A stretch of DNA of 64,000 nucleotides from Rebecca billardiae RCC1528 (GCA_965240325.2 OZ251226.1:1612001-1676000), one strand, 5' to 3'; shown: positions 11,004-23,835, numbered from the stretch's first letter. The notes: a model not told the origin generated them from the letters alone. Made by a program: numbers and translations.

Positions 11004-13376
11004 TCAACGCGCATCGAGCGAGAGGAACTCGAAGACCAGCATGCGCCACAGCTTGACGGTGAACACGTGCGCGTCGTCGTCGAGCACCATGCTCAGCTGC
11101 TCGCTGATCTCCGCCGCCGGGCTGCAGCCGTGCAGCGCCTGCACGACAAAGTCGACCATGTCGGACGTGTCCTCCTCCTCGCCCAGATACTCGGCCATCT
11201 TCTTGCCCACCCACGGCCCCAGCTTCGAGTCGATCACGCCCGCCTGGGCACGCGCGCGGCAGCGGGCGGCGCGGGGGCGTGAGGCGCGCGCGCTGCGGCA
11301 GGGCGTGGCGCACGCGGCAGCGCCGCCAGCCGCTCCGGCGCGCGCCCGGCGCGCGCGCGCCGCCCCGCCCGGCCGCACCTCCTCCAGCCTCGCCCAGTCG
11401 AGGTCGAACGAGAAGAGCGCCGCCTCGTCAGACGGGATGCGCGAGACGATCTGTCGCGCGGCCTCGAGCGCGGCCGCGCGCTCGCGCTCGCGCTCGCGCG
11501 CGTACAGCGGCACGTCCGCCACCGCCGCCTCCTCCTCCTCCGTGTACTCGATGGGCACGAGCGGCCTGCGCGACTTGGAGCCAGCGTCGACGCCGGCGGC
11601 GAAGAGGGCGGGCGGCGGCGCGCCGCGCTTGGCGGCGCGCGCCGGCCCCGCGCTGGCGCCGAGGCCGAGGCCGAGCCTGACGGGCTGCGCGCCGGGCTGC
11701 AGCGGCACGGGCGCGGCGGCGTCGGCGCCAGCCGCGCGAGCCGCCGCGGGGGGCGAGCCCCGCGCGCCGCCGCCGCCGCCCTCCTTGGCGTTCGCCTCGA
11801 GGGCCAGGGCCAGGATGTCGTCCATGCCGCCGCCGCCCGAGCCGTCGGCGCCGCCGCCGCTGCCGTCGCTGTCGGCCTCGCTCGAGTCGTCGGCGTCGGC
11901 GCGGGGCGCGGCGGGGGGCATCGGCGCGGGCGGCGCGGGCGGCGCGGGCGGCGCGGGCGGCGCGGGCGGCGCGGGCGCGGCGAGCGCGCGCGCCCCGCGC
12001 CGCGCCTCCTCCGCCGCGCCGAGCTCGAGCCGCGCGCGCTCCGCCTCCTCGTCCTCGCGCCGTTCGTGCGAGCGCGCGCGCCGCAGGTCGGCGCGGCCCT
12101 GCTCGCCCATCTGCTCGAGCGCGTGCGGGTCGTCGAGGAGTCGGCGGCGCTCGGCCTCGCGCATGCGCTCGCGCTCGCGCACGCGCGCCTTCTCGTGCTC
12201 CCGCGCCTCCCACCTGCGCACGCGCTCCCTGTACTCCGCCTCCGCCTCGCGCTCGGCGCGCGCCATGTCGCGCTCGCGCGCGCGCCGTCGCTCGGCCTCG
12301 CGCTCTCGCGCGCGCCGCCTCGCGTGCTCGAGCTCGCGCGCGCGCTCGGCGTCGTGCGGCCTGTCCGAGCGCGCGCCGCCTGCGCCTGGCCCACCGGCGC
12401 CCGCGCCTGCGGCGAGCGGCTCCGCTGCCCCGCCGCCGCGCGCATCGTGATGTCGCGCATCGGCTGCGCCACCGGCCGCGCTCGCGACGGCGTCGGTCAG
12501 GACGCCACTGCTGAGCAGCTCGTGCGCCTTCTGCGCGTTCTTTTGCGCCTCGCTCTGCGCGCCCTCGCCCGCCGCCGCGGCTGGGTGCGCAGCGCCAGCT
12601 GCCGCCGGCTCCGCGGGCAGCGGGTGCTGCCCCTCTGAGCCGGGCTGCGAATGCTGCGCGCTGCCCGCAGCCGCCGACGGCGCCAGGAGGCCCGCCACCT
12701 GGCAGACCGCGTCGAGCGCCTGCGCGTCTTCGCGAGCACGCGCCGCTTCGGGCGTCTCGCCGGGCGCGAGCGCGGCCGGGGGCATGTGCGCCTGCAGCTC
12801 GTCGAGGAACGCCTGCGTCTTCGTGTCCACCTTCACCTGCGCGCGGCACGCGTGCGCGCGCGCGCGCGCACGGCCGCGCCGGGGCACGCAGCAGGGTTTG
12901 GAGTGGGCAGCGCGCTGAAGGGTGGCGCGAGCGCCGGCGCACGCGAGCGGGCAATCGGTTGGTACGCGCCGGTGGGGCGGCGCGCGGCGCACCAGCAGGC
13001 CCGAGCCATCGGCGAAGCGCAGCTGCCCAAGCACGCGCAGCGCTCGCAGCGCATGGATGCCCGAGGCATACTCGCACAGCCCGAATGTCTTGGGGGCTCC
13101 GGTGGCGGGGTCGGTGGGGCGCTTCCAGCTGAGCATGCGGCCGCATGCGCCGAGCATCTTCCTGAGGCAAACGTCGTCCAGATGCGCCGGGATCTTGCCC
13201 ACGTAGAGTGTGCACGCCCGATCGAGCGCCGGGCGAGCTGCTGAGGGCACCGCTCCGTACGGTTGCATGGCACCGCCCGGCATGAACGGCTGCTGCGGCA
13301 GCCCAGGCATCGGCTGCGGCGGGTACGGCGGGTAGTACGGAGGGAAGCCGCCCGGAGGCGGCTGGTACGGGTTCAT
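11004..13376 (-). CDS. RBM25: RBM25/Snu71-like splicing factor (RRM, ER-rich region, PWI); introns 12837-12992 and 11244-11378
   Basis: RRM TLYVGKIP..CGRMLSWKR..KTFGLCEY; RE-rich middle; IPSDEAALFSFDLDW and PWI PWVGKKMAEYLGEEE..FTVKLWRMLVFE. Confidence 0.9.
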   Translation of the reverse strand: MNPYQPPPGGFPPYYPPYPPQPMPGLPQQPFMPGGAMQPYGAVPSAARPALDRACTLYVGKIPAHLDDVCLRKMLGACGRMLSWKRPTDPATGAPKTFGLCEYASGIHALRALRVLGQLRFADGSGLLVRRAPPHRRVPTDCPLACAGARATLQRAAHSKPCCVPRRGRARARAHACRAQVKVDTKTQAFLDELQAHMPPAALAPGETPEAARAREDAQALDAVCQVAGLLAPSAAAGSAQHSQPGSEGQHPLPAEPAAAGAAHPAAAAGEGAQSEAQKNAQKAHELLSSGVLTDAVASAAGGAADARHHDARGGGAAEPLAAGAGAGGPGAGGARSDRPHDAERARELEHARRRAREREAERRRARERDMARAEREAEAEYRERVRRWEAREHEKARVRERERMREAERRRLLDDPHALEQMGEQGRADLRRARSHERREDEEAERARLELGAAEEARRGARALAAPAPPAPPAPPAPPAPPAPMPPAAPRADADDSSEADSDGSGGGADGSGGGGMDDILALALEANAKEGGGGGARGSPPAAARAAGADAAAPVPLQPGAQPVRLGLGLGASAGPARAAKRGAPPPALFAAGVDAGSKSRRPLVPIEYTEEEEAAVADVPLYARERERERAAALEAARQIVSRIPSDEAALFSFDLDWARLEEVRPGGAARARRARAGAAGGAAACATPCRSARASRPRAARCRARAQAGVIDSKLGPWVGKKMAEYLGEEEDTSDMVDFVVQALHGCSPAAEISEQLSMVLDDDAHVFTVKLWRMLVFEFLSLDAR

Positions 13377-15855
13377 CCTTCCTGCCAAGCTGGTGCCTCA
13401 GTGGGCACGGCGTGCTGGCGCCATCGTGCGAACACGCGGACCGACGACGTCGATTGAATTCACGCTTCGGTATTTTCATCCTGTTTGCTGAAAAACATTT
13501 CTCATGCGCATGCGCGCCGCGCCGATGCACCCCGGCCGCAGCCTGGCCGACGCGATGTCGGTGCGCGCAGCAAGGGGCGAACGCGCGCGCTGCAGATGAG
13601 GCGGGCATCGAGTGGCCAGGTTGGGGCGGCATATGGCCGGCCGATGCCACCGATTAAGTGTATTCTTGAACCTGCAGTGCTACTTGCGATACATGCCTGC
13701 AGGCATGCCAGCCGCTGTCCGGCATGCATGCATGCGCTACAGGCGCACGGTCCACCGGTGGTGTGCACTACTTAAGACATGGCCACGCGCGCCGTTGGCA
13801 GTGTCTAGAAGCGAAACCGTGGAACGCATACAATAAAATGCTGACAGTTCTGGTGGAGACTTGCGACAAGATAGTGCGCGTGCGGCACCAGTCGGGCGAT
13901 GCGCGCCCGACACGATTACAGTCTGTCGTCCGGCCGTGATCATCAACGCCCGCGTCGATTACTCGATTTGTGTTCCAAGCGAACCAAGCAGGGCACAGGG
14001 CCACCTGCCCAGCTGGCGTGGCTGGGTCCCAGCCTGTGTGGCGGAAGCGACGCATTGCCTAGGAGCTTGCAGCCTACTCGCAGAGCATGCAGCGCGCACA
14101 AGGATGATGTCACACGGAGAGCACCGCATGCTGCGTGCATGCATCATCGTGCAGCAGCAGACATCGTGACGTCATGTACTCACATGCGCGCGCTGCGATC
14201 AAAGTAGAGCGCGAGCCAGATAGTTGCAGCAGTGCTCAGACGGGCGGCTTGACTATTGTAGCTACTGCTTTGGTGGAAACGCCCAGACGCAGCAGAACGC
14301 TTCCAGCTGTGATGGTCATCGGTCAACCTGCTTTATTGTGCGCATGCCGATCGATCGTCGAGCGCGTCCGACTGATGATCGGCAGTGTAGTGCGCACGCG
14401 CTCCTCGAGCACATGCCGGCGACATCCGTGGTGAGGCTGATCTTGAGTCAGACTGGCATCTTTAGCGGAACGAGTGAAGCTACGGAGGTTTTCGAATGCA
14501 AAGGCTATCAGGACGCGCCATGCTTCGTAGCATGTCTCGTCCTGAGAAGGCGTCGGAGCGTCATCGCGCAGACTCGGATCCGGACGCGGACGGATGATGG
14601 TGCTTACAGATGACAGGCATGCGTGCTCGTCGCGCTGACACGCGCTGGATCAGGTGCGGCACTCGAGACTTGCGGAGTCTGTACTTTCGGGCACGAGCCT
14701 TCGAAACTGCTTGACACTTGAGCGCACCGTGTCGTCAAGCTTCAGTAGAACCACCCGCGCCACGGGCGACAAAGGCACGGTTGTCTCGCACCAGCCCGAT
14801 AATGGCGTGAAGGAACTCGTCCGTGTGCGCGTCACTCTGCGTGAGCGTTTTCTTGAACGCCGCCGGCTCATCAGGCCTCGAGACTAGCTCGTTCGCCAGC
14901 TGGCATGTCACGTTCGCTTGATCCCACACGCCAGCGTGGCTCGAGCCTGGAGGGGAGGCCGGAGGTGATCCATCCGGGGCCGAAGGCGGCGAGCCGCCCG
15001 AGAGGTCGTCGTCATCCCTCGTTTGGCACGTGTCATTCTCCTTCTCGACGGGGCTCATTGTCGCGGACGCGTGGGTCACCTGGCGACGACGGGCGCGCGG
15101 CTGCCGCGCGGGCGAACTTCGAGTGGACAGCGGTCGTGCGCCCCGCCCCTTCGGCTTGGAAGGCTCCCAACGGCAAGATGCGATTTATCATCATTTATTC
15201 TTGCGGGCTTTTTTATCCCGCCGCATTTTTTCCAAATGTGGGTACGGAACGCCGTTTCGAATTGAGCAATGCGAATTTCTCCAGCTGTTCTCAGGCGGTC
15301 GAATACTTATCATATGATAGCTTGAACTTATCGGCGGCTTCAGCGCGAAATGATACTATGGTAAACGTGAGCGACGCGACTAGGACTTGATGAGAGAACG
15401 TGGACACCATTCACTCATATTCAGGGTCCAGCCCCAAGCCTAATTGGCGTTCGTATATGAACGAGACCAAGCCTGATATGCAACGGCCATCCCGTTCGTA
15501 ATGAGGTTGCGAGCCGGCACGCTTGGATACCCGCGCGAGTGGAAGGGCGCGCCAAGGCCACCCCCGCGAAACCAGCGCCTCGTCCAACGTGCCACAACGA
15601 GACTGTGGCGCTTTCAAGGCGATGCCCCACAACGAACTTCGGAAAGTGCCCTCCCCCGCTGCTTTTCTGGTCGCTCAAGCGGAATCCTGGGGCCGCCGCC
15701 ACTGCAGCGAGCCACTCGCCGGTCCAAGGCCGAGAACTTCGGCGCCCATGGCGGCGCCGATGTGCTCGCTTCCGAGGCGGAGATTTTCGGCGCCCTTTAC
15801 GGCGGGACGAGGGACAGCGGCGACGACTAGCTCCCGGCAAGGGCAGCCCGGGGTC

Positions 15856-18660
15856 ATGTACAAGCAGGAGCGCGTCGTCGGTGGCCGGTTGGGCGCAGAC
15901 TCTGCCGATGTGGAGGAGTGGTGTGGGGTCTTCCTGGAGGACCTGGAGGGCCTCGACGCGCCCGGCGTCGAGCGCTCGCCGGCGACGCCGGGTGGTGAGA
16001 TGGGTCAGTATGGGACTAGGTCGCTGGACGAGGCACACCCTCTGGTACGATGCACACGCCGTGCGCCGCCGCGGCGCGCGCGCTCGCGCGCGCAGACGTA
16101 GATTCGATCGCTGCTCCCCACTGGCAGCGCGATCGTACGCGCGGAGCGCTCGCCCGTGCGCTGACGCGGCCGTGCGCGCACGCCACCCGACGCTCGCGCC
16201 GCGCGCGCGCAGGATGATGCGCGTGAGCCCTTCCACGCCGAGCCCCACGACGTGCTCGGCAAACGCGGGCGCACGCCACCCGCAGAGTCGATGGGTCTAG
16301 GCATCATGAGCCAGCGCGATCTGCACGCGTCTCAGCCGGGGCTGCCGCCGCACGGGGGGCTGATGGCGCCCTCGCCGCCCCCGGGCGGCACGGGCAGTGG
16401 GCCGAGCTCGGCGCGCGCGCCGGGCGCCTCGCACGCGATGCACCACGGCGGCACGCACGAGCGCGCGCTCGCGCTCGGCATGGGGCCATACCGCTCGTCG
16501 TCGGTGCACTCGGTCGAGTCGACGCTGTCCAACGCCATCGACCACTCGATCGACGACGAGGGCGAGCCGTACGGGATGGACGGGCTGCTCAGGCGCGCCT
16601 CGCCACCGCACAAGAAGGGCCCGCTCAGCCTGCCGCCCGGTGCGCCGACGCTCGGCGGCGGGCGGCGCGCCTTCTCCGAGGGCGCGCTCGGCGCCGATCA
16701 CCTGGGCTGGGGGCAGCAGCTGGGGGGCTCTGGGCTGGCCGGCTCGCCGTTCGAGCCGCACGACGAGGAGCTGCAGGACGACGACGCGACGGAGCCGGTG
16801 CGCGCCGCGTCGGCTGCCGCGCGCGCCCCCACTGCTGCGGCCGCGCGCCGCGCCGCGGGCCGGAGGCCGCTGGTCCCGCTCTCGCAGCCCGCGCATGCGC
16901 CGCCCAGCCCCGCGCGCCGGGCTCAAGCCCCCGCGCCCCCGCCGTGCGCCGCCGCGCGCCGCGCCGCGCGCAGCCGAGCTGGGGCGGCGGGCTCGACGGC
17001 GAGGGCGACGCCGACGCCGACGAGCCCTTGGGCCAGCGCTCGGCGCAGAAGACCGCCCCGTGGACGCGCACAGAGGACCAGGTGATCTCGGAGGCGGTGA
17101 AGCGATTCGGCTGCAAGTGGGGCGTGCTGTCCGCGCTGCTGCCCGGGCGCACGGACAACGCGGTGCGCAACCGGTGGCACCGGCTCGAGCGCGCGCGCAA
17201 GTGGCGCGAGGAGTCGGCGAAGGTGCGCGGGGCCGCGGAGCCAACCGCGGCCGCGGCCGCGCCCGAGGCGCTGCTGCCGCCGGGCGCGCGCAACGGCTCC
17301 GGCGGGTACAAGTGTGGCCGCTGCGGTCAGCCCAAGCGCGGCCACCTGTGCACCGTGATGCTCGAGGCCGACCAGCACGTGTACGACGCGGCGCAGGACA
17401 AGATGCGCCAGCTCCACCTGCAGCAGGTGCGCGCCGCGCGCGCCCGCACCGCGCCGATCCGGTGCACCGCGCCCGGCGCTCGCTCACGCGCGCGCGCCCG
17501 CTCGTGGCGGTGCGCGCCGCCGCTGCGCAGGTGGAGAAGCGGCCGTCGTCAGGCTCGCGCCGCAAGCAGCCCGCGTCGAGCAAGGGCGGCGGGGGCGGCG
17601 CGCACGCCGAGCCGCCGCCTCTGCCGCCGCCGTCGAGCAGCGCGGCGATGGGCGTGCCCTTCCCGCAGCAGCACGCGTACGCGCAGGGCGGCAGCGGGTA
17701 CAGGCAGCAGCCACGCCAGCCAGGCGCGCCCGCGGCGGCGGCGCAGAGCTACGCGCGCGCGCCGCCGCCGGTGCAGGGCTTCGCTCTCGGCGGGAGCGGC
17801 GGCGGCGTGCCGTTGGCGCTGGGCGTGCCGCAGCAGCACGGGCAGCCGTCGGGCGCGCAGCAGCACGGCGCGCCGCCGCACGGCCGTGCCTCGCCGCACC
17901 AGCAGCCTCCGGGCCAGCCCCAGGGCGGGCGCGTGTACGGAGGCTCGGCGCGCGCGGAGCGGTCCGCCAAGGGGGGCCGCGCGCACGCGCAGCAGCAGTA
18001 CGACGACGCCCCGCACGGCGGCGGCGGCGGCGGCGGCGGCCGCGCGCCCCCGGACGCGTACGGCGCGCCCGGGTACGCCCTGCCGCCGCCGCCTGCGGGC
18101 GCGGCAGACTACCCCGACCCGATCCTGCCCGCCGCGACGGAGGCGGAGCTGATGAGCATCCAGCAGGCGGAGCTGATGCAGCTGCTCGGCGAGGTGCACG
18201 CCGACGTGACGGGCGCGGCCTTCCACCCGATGGACGACGGGCAGCTCACGCCGCTGGCGGAGGCCGCGGACGAGGGGGGCGAGTACACGCACCACCAGGC
18301 CGCGCACGGCGGCGCTTACGCCGGCAGCGCCCCTCTGCCGCAGGAGGCGCCGCCGCTGGACCGCGCGATGAGCGCGCCCGCAGGTGCGTGCGGCGGCCGC
18401 GCGCGCCCGCGCGCCTCGGCGCGCGCGCCCGCACGCCGGTCTGACGCCGTTCCGACAGCGCCGTGCCCGTGCGCCCGCGCGCAGGCCAGCACTTCCTGCC
18501 GCCGCACTCGGTGAAGGACCAGCGAGCGGCGCACTCGCGCAAGGGGAAGGCGCCGGCGCAGGATCCGCAGCTGCCGGCATTCACACGGCTCAAGGACGAG
18601 GAGCAGCCGCAGCCGGGCGAGCGTGACGCGGACGTGTCGCCCACGGCCACGGCTGCCTGA
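15856..18660 (+). CDS. Myb-domain transcription factor with CxxC-H-C zinc knuckle; introns 16045-16212, 16798-16973, 17427-17530, 18384-18484
   Basis: Myb repeat WTRTEDQVISEAVKRFGCKWGVLSALLPGRTDNAVRNRWHRL; YKCGRCGQPKRGHLC; GT-AG introns restore one frame. Confidence 0.85.
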
Positions 18661-20499
18661 AGCCCGACTGCTGCGCAGCGGAGGCCGTGCCGCAGCTTCC
18701 GCTTTGTGCACATCCCGCCGCGCAGCCGGCGGCGGCGCGTTGGTTGGCCGACGCTCGAGCGCCGACGCTCGGCGCGAGCGCGCGCTCCTCGCCTCTGCGA
18801 TGCAGCAGCTAGTGCTTGCAGGCGCAGGGCGGACCTCCGCATCACACGCGACGGCAGCGCTCACGAGTGCGACCTGATGGCAGCAGCACGAGCCCAGCCG
18901 CCGCATGCTTCACCGACTTATTCCGAGGATGCGCAGAGGGAACCGGGCGCCCAACAGCTCCCCATCGAGTGCAGCCTGATGCATTGGCACGACGATGACG
19001 CGGCTGCACCGGTGGCGTGCGCAAGCCCGCGGCATCCGAGCGGCCCTGACAGGCACACGCGGCCCGCGCGCGGAGCCGCACTCCGAGGCAGCGTCCGTGT
19101 GACCGTTGCTGGCCGCGCGACAGATTATATCGAGCAGTGAGTCAGATGCGGAGCGTTCGGCGCACTGGCTGCGGGCCGGGCCGACCCATAGGCCACAGCT
19201 ACTACACAGTACTGACGACTAGGCGCGGGCCGCCACGCGGCCACGCGCATCTAGGTTGCGCGACGCTGCCGCGCCCGAGCACGGCGGGGCCCGCGTCGGA
19301 CCGACTCAGCGAGCGGCCACTGCCTCCGAGCACGGTTGGTCCTGTGAGCATGCAGTGATGTCGTGTAACCCGCCGCGTACGTAAACTGGTCTAGGACTAG
19401 GTCATACAGGCGGTGGTCACTGCGCTATAGTTCTAGTCTCACTCAGTAACTAGCTACCCGAGCTGCAGGCATCACGCGCGGCAGCACTTTTTGATCGACG
19501 ACGACGAGTTTTATTGTAGTCGCGTAATTTATTGCGGCGCGGCCATGATGCCCAGACTAAGTTTGAGTCTGTACGGACTCGGACTACAGTACTAGAGTCG
19601 GACACCTACATCAGGCCAGCACAGTCGCCCATGACCTGGGCCCTGGCCCCTGCGCCGGTGCTGGCACGCCAGTGGGCTGAATCTGATCGCTAGCTTTCAG
19701 ATGAATCAGATGTGAGTCGCCCGTGGCCGTGAGTCGGCTCACTTCGGAGCCTGCTGCCCTGCTGAGGAGGCTTGACGCCATGTAACGACGCGACGACGAT
19801 ATATATGAGTTATGACCGCTAACGACAGTACTCTAGTTAGTACTACTCTATCTAGTCGCTCTACTACGTGACTGAGACCGGTCCGACTCGTCAGATCCCG
19901 GGGCAGCCGGCCGCCCGCGGCGTCAGTCACTAAGCTAGTCAGCCGAATCACGTGGCGTTGGTACTCGAACGGTCACTCGGGCCGACACTCGGGCACTCGG
20001 CCCTCGGCCTCGGACTCTGACTCTCTCGGTCTCTCGTCGGACACGTCCGAGTCATGCGGATTGCGGGCCCCCGCGCGGCCGGCTCACTCGGCTGCGTGAG
20101 CGTCGCCAGCGGCCAGGGCGGACCGGACTGAGATTCTGGCGTCGGGCCCGCGGTGGCGGCGGTGGGCCCGGCGGTGGCGGCCCAATAAAGCCCCGCCCAG
20201 CGCCGGCAGCCTGCTCAGTACTAGTGAGTGCTGAGTGCTTGAGCGCCATACATCCGAATGGCATGTGCCGCGCAGCATTGCATGCCGGAATGGCGGAACA
20301 GTGTGTACGTACGTGATGACATTCTGACGACGCACCTGTAGACACAGTGCCACGATCTGCCCTGAGTCTGACGTGGACCCGCGTGTCACTCGGTCGGGAA
20401 GTCCTGGCAATCCGCCTCCCAAGGTCGGTGCCCTCCCATGGCTAGTCTGCCCCGCGCAACCAGGTTCGCCCCCCGCCCCAACCCGACCCGTCAAGGTCC

Positions 20500-21909
20500 T
20501 CACCGCTTCTCCTCTTCGCCCTCCGCTGGCTCCTCGCCCTCCTCCACCGTCGCCTCCTGGCCGGCTGATGGGCCCGTCATCCTGTTGAGCGCACGCGTCA
20601 CGTTGATGATGCCCTGCGGGGGGGGGGGGGGAGGGGAGAGGCGCGGCGGGCGGCGGCAAGGGCGGCGGCGGTGGTCAGCAGCCCAGCACCCGAGGCGCAC
20701 GCGCGCGCGCGCCCTCGCACACGACGCCCTCCAACGCCGCGAGCCGATCGCGAGGCACAAGCGCGCGCGCGCGCCCACCTTCAACTTGGAGCGCGCCTGT
20801 CGGTCCTTGAGGTTCTCGGCGACGAAGGTGAGGTTCTCGCCGGCATCCGCGGCCGCCTCGACGGCCTTCTCGAGCCAGGGGTGCGCGAGCGCCTGATCCG
20901 CGGTCATCCGCCGCTTCGGGTCCGTCATGAGCAGCTTCGCGACGAAGTCCTTCGCCGCGGGCGAGACGGGGTCCCAATAGGGCCTGAGGAACTCGTACTT
21001 GCCAGCCTTGATCTGCTGGAAGAGCAGCGCGTCGTTCTCTGCGTAAAAGGGCGGGAAGCCGCAGAGCAGGATGTACACAATCACGCCGACCGACCACATG
21101 TCCACCTCCTTGCCGTAGCCCTTCATGTGGAGGACCTCGGGTGCTGCGCGGCGCACGCGTGCGCGCCGCGCGGTGTGCGCCCCAGCGGTGCGCATATCAG
21201 CATGGCTGCCTGCGGGCCCGCCCGCGGCGCAGCGCGCGCGCGCACCGATGTAGCCGGGGGTGCCGCACGGGGTCTTCATCATGGCCGAGTGCTGGTCGGT
21301 GATTTTGCTCAGCCCGAAGTCCGTGATCTTCACCCGCCCGTCCTTCGAGTTGTCTGTCAAGAGCATGTTCTCCGGCTTGAGGTCGCGGTGCACCACACCG
21401 AGGGCATGCATGTACTTGATCGCGGAGATGAGCTTCACCGTCATCTCCGCGGCGTTGGCCTCGGAGAAGTGCCCCACGTCGACGATGCGGTCGAACAGCT
21501 CGCCGCCCGTCAGCCTGAGCGCGAAGTCGTGGCGGCGGGTGGGCGCGCCAAGTCGGCATGCGTGCGCGAGCACCACACCAGGGCCGTGTGCGCAGGCGCG
21601 GCGCGCGGCGCGGGTGATGGGAGCAGCGGGTGGGGCGCGCGCGCACAGTTCCATGACGAGATAGACCTTATCGTCCGTCTCGAACACGTCGTACAGCTTC
21701 ACGATCGTCGGGTGGTCCACCCGGCGCATGATCTCGACCTCCGTGTCAAACTGCAGCTTCTTTCCCGGCGACGGCTTCTTCATGATCTTAATCGCGCACT
21801 TGAGGCCGTCAGACTTACGCGTGGCGAGCTTGACGCGCGAGAAGTGCCCACTGCCGAGCTCCTTGCCGATCTCATAGGCCTCAAGCTCCCTGGGCAGCTT
21901 GCTGGACAT
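20500..21909 (-). CDS. CaMK-family Ser/Thr kinase (CaMK1-like); introns 21515-21646, 21144-21245, 20614-20778
   Basis: LGSGHFSRV, AIK, GGELFDRIV, HRDLKPEN, DFGLS, CGTPGYIAPEV, DMWSVGVIVYILLCGFPPF. Confidence 0.95.
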   Translation of the reverse strand: MSSKLPRELEAYEIGKELGSGHFSRVKLATRKSDGLKCAIKIMKKPSPGKKLQFDTEVEIMRRVDHPTIVKLYDVFETDDKVYLVMELCARAPPAAPITRAARRACAHGPGVVLAHACRLGAPTRRHDFALRLTGGELFDRIVDVGHFSEANAAEMTVKLISAIKYMHALGVVHRDLKPENMLLTDNSKDGRVKITDFGLSKITDQHSAMMKTPCGTPGYIGARARCAAGGPAGSHADMRTAGAHTARRARVRRAAPEVLHMKGYGKEVDMWSVGVIVYILLCGFPPFYAENDALLFQQIKAGKYEFLRPYWDPVSPAAKDFVAKLLMTDPKRRMTADQALAHPWLEKAVEAAADAGENLTFVAENLKDRQARSKLKVGARARLCLAIGSRRWRASCARARARVRLGCWAADHRRRPCRRPPRLSPPPPPPQGIINVTRALNRMTGPSAGQEATVEEGEEPAEGEEEKR

Positions 21910-22456
21910 CCTCGTCCCCTCCGCGGGACCCCAGGCACACGCAGCTCGCGCCCTTGCCCGCTGCCAAGCACAATCGGCGTACCGTGTGGGCCGCGGCGCG
22001 CCCGCCCCCCAGAAGGTTTGTACCCGCACGTCTAGAGTCGACTAGGTTTGCCGCTCAGATATCGGGAGAGATCGTGTATGGATAGAGATCATAGGGGGGG
22101 TCCTTGGAAGACATCAACATGAATATGAAGATCAGCATGACATTTTCCACATCACCTTTGCAGCAGGCGCAGGCGCGGATGGCCGCACCGGCGGTCCGCG
22201 GTGCCAGCCCGGAGCGGGCACGAGGCTGGCAGCCTGGCAGGTCTGTGACGCGCGCTGAGTTCTTGGACCGATTTCCAGTTCAGTCTCACGCCCTCGCGCC
22301 CACCCTGGCGGTCCGTCGCGGCATCAATGGCATCGCCGATCGCGGATGCAGTCCGCGTGGCCCATCCGGGCATCCCGGTGTCGGCAACGGACAACGGCGC
22401 GACCAGTGAGTCCAGTCGGTGGCAGTGCCCGAGCACTCCGAAGCAGTGCCCAGTCA

Positions 22457-23231
22457 CTACTGTCCGCCGGCGAGCGCCTTCTCTCGCGCGATCACCTCCG
22501 GCGCAAACTTGATGAGCAGGATCGTGCGCGATGCCTCGGAAGGGTCGGTGTGCGCCGTGACGCGCGCGGGGAAGCCCGAAGCCTCCAAGATCCCGCGTAC
22601 GATCCCAGCGACGAACGCGGCGCAGTTGAGGTTGGGCAGGCTGGGCGGCACAGAGATGAACTGGTTCACAAGGGGGTCGAGCTCTGAGATCATGTACTCG
22701 TCCTCGTTCTCCACGGACTTGGAGAGCGCGTCGGCCGCCTTGCCGAAGAGTACCTTCCACACGGTCGAGTTGATGTACTGCAGCATGCTCTGCATGCGCG
22801 TTTCTCTCCTCGTCTTGCCGTCGCGCAGCGCGACGAGCTCAAGCACGCGCACGCCGATGGCGGCACCCGCCTCCTCGAGCCTGGCGGGAGGGGGCGGGGG
22901 GGGGGGGAGGGCGCGGGCTCGATCGAGACGGAGCGCGGACGCGGGAGAGGCAAGAGAGGTACACAGCGTGTGCGCGCGCGGCGCGCACTTAAGCTCGAGC
23001 TCGTTGGCCGTGACACTCCGCGCCTGGCTGTACTGGATGAACTCGGAGAAGAGGTAGGCGAATGCACTCTGGCTCACCTGCAGAATGAAGGATGGCGGCG
23101 GTGGGAGCGGGCGCGTAAGGGTTCCCGTGCGCATGCGACGAGATCACCCGAGAGGTCGCCGCACATACCTCGCTGCGGCCCTTGCTGATGGGTCTATCCA
23201 CAATGTTCGCCTGCCGCGGCTTGGCCGCCAT
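22457..23231 (-). CDS. TRAPPC5: TRAPP complex subunit 5 (Trs31); introns 23078-23168 and 22881-22988
   Basis: EVSQSAFAYLFSEFIQY, WKVLFGKAADALSKS, LNCAAFVAGIVRGILEASGFPARVTAH, TILLIKF. Confidence 0.95.
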
Positions 23232-23314
23232 GCTGTGCCACCTTACGAGCCTAAAAGACTTTTAATGCTGGTATGCAGTTCTAATGCTGCCGCCGCTGCT
23301 CTTTATTACGACAA

Positions 23315-23404
23315 TACCCCCATATAGTGCAGATCAGCAAGACTGTACAGTGACGCACAACACACTACCCCCATACAGTGCAGATCAGCAAGACTGTACA
23401 GTGA
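23315..23404 (+). repeat. 39-bp direct repeat x2 upstream of TRAPPC5
   Basis: TACCCCCATAYAGTGCAGATCAGCAAGACTGTACAGTGA at 23315 and 23366. Confidence 0.9.
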
Positions 23405-23499
23405 TTCAGCGTATGGAAAGGCTTAACACTTCATCAATCTCTTTGGACTGATTACTACCAGTGAAGTGTTACCAGTAGTAAGTAAGTGCACGCACACTC

Positions 23500-23602
23500 G
23501 TGGTTTGAGGTTGGGTGAGGGTGGTGGTTGGTTGGGGGCTGGCCAGGGTAGGGCTGGAGGCTTCGGCCGCCAGTCTGATCACCCGGAGCCCGTTATAAAG
23601 GG
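23500..23602 (+). repeat. 103-bp G-rich dispersed block, copy 1
   Basis: Exact reverse complement of 37004-37106; also 39851-39939 and a remnant at ~53455-53478. Confidence 0.95.
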
Positions 23603-23835
23603 GAATTTAAAAAACTCGGCTCAGCAGTCAGCAGGCATCTGGCCTGTTCGATTATTGCTGAACCGCCGGATGATAAAGTATCCGGCTCGGCCTACGTATC
23701 AGACGAGCGGTTTTGATTGGCGGCCGCCTGATTCAGGTTAAGCCGCGTTGCCCGCGTCTCAGCGTCGCCGCGCACGACGGGTGAGGTGAGCGCGACGACC
23801 CAACGTCCGTGTGCGCCTCCGATCACGAAGGACGG

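Noticed and set aside
14735-15079. FKKTLTQSD resembling the start of a B3 domain
   Set aside because: Downstream B3 motifs are absent and the ORF is short
20145-20155. Isolated GGCCCGCGGTG matching the element subTIR
   Set aside because: No adjacent family sequence; expected by chance at this GC content
23315-23404. 39-bp repeats as a CRISPR-like array
   Set aside because: Only two copies, 12-bp gap, eukaryotic context, no cas genes
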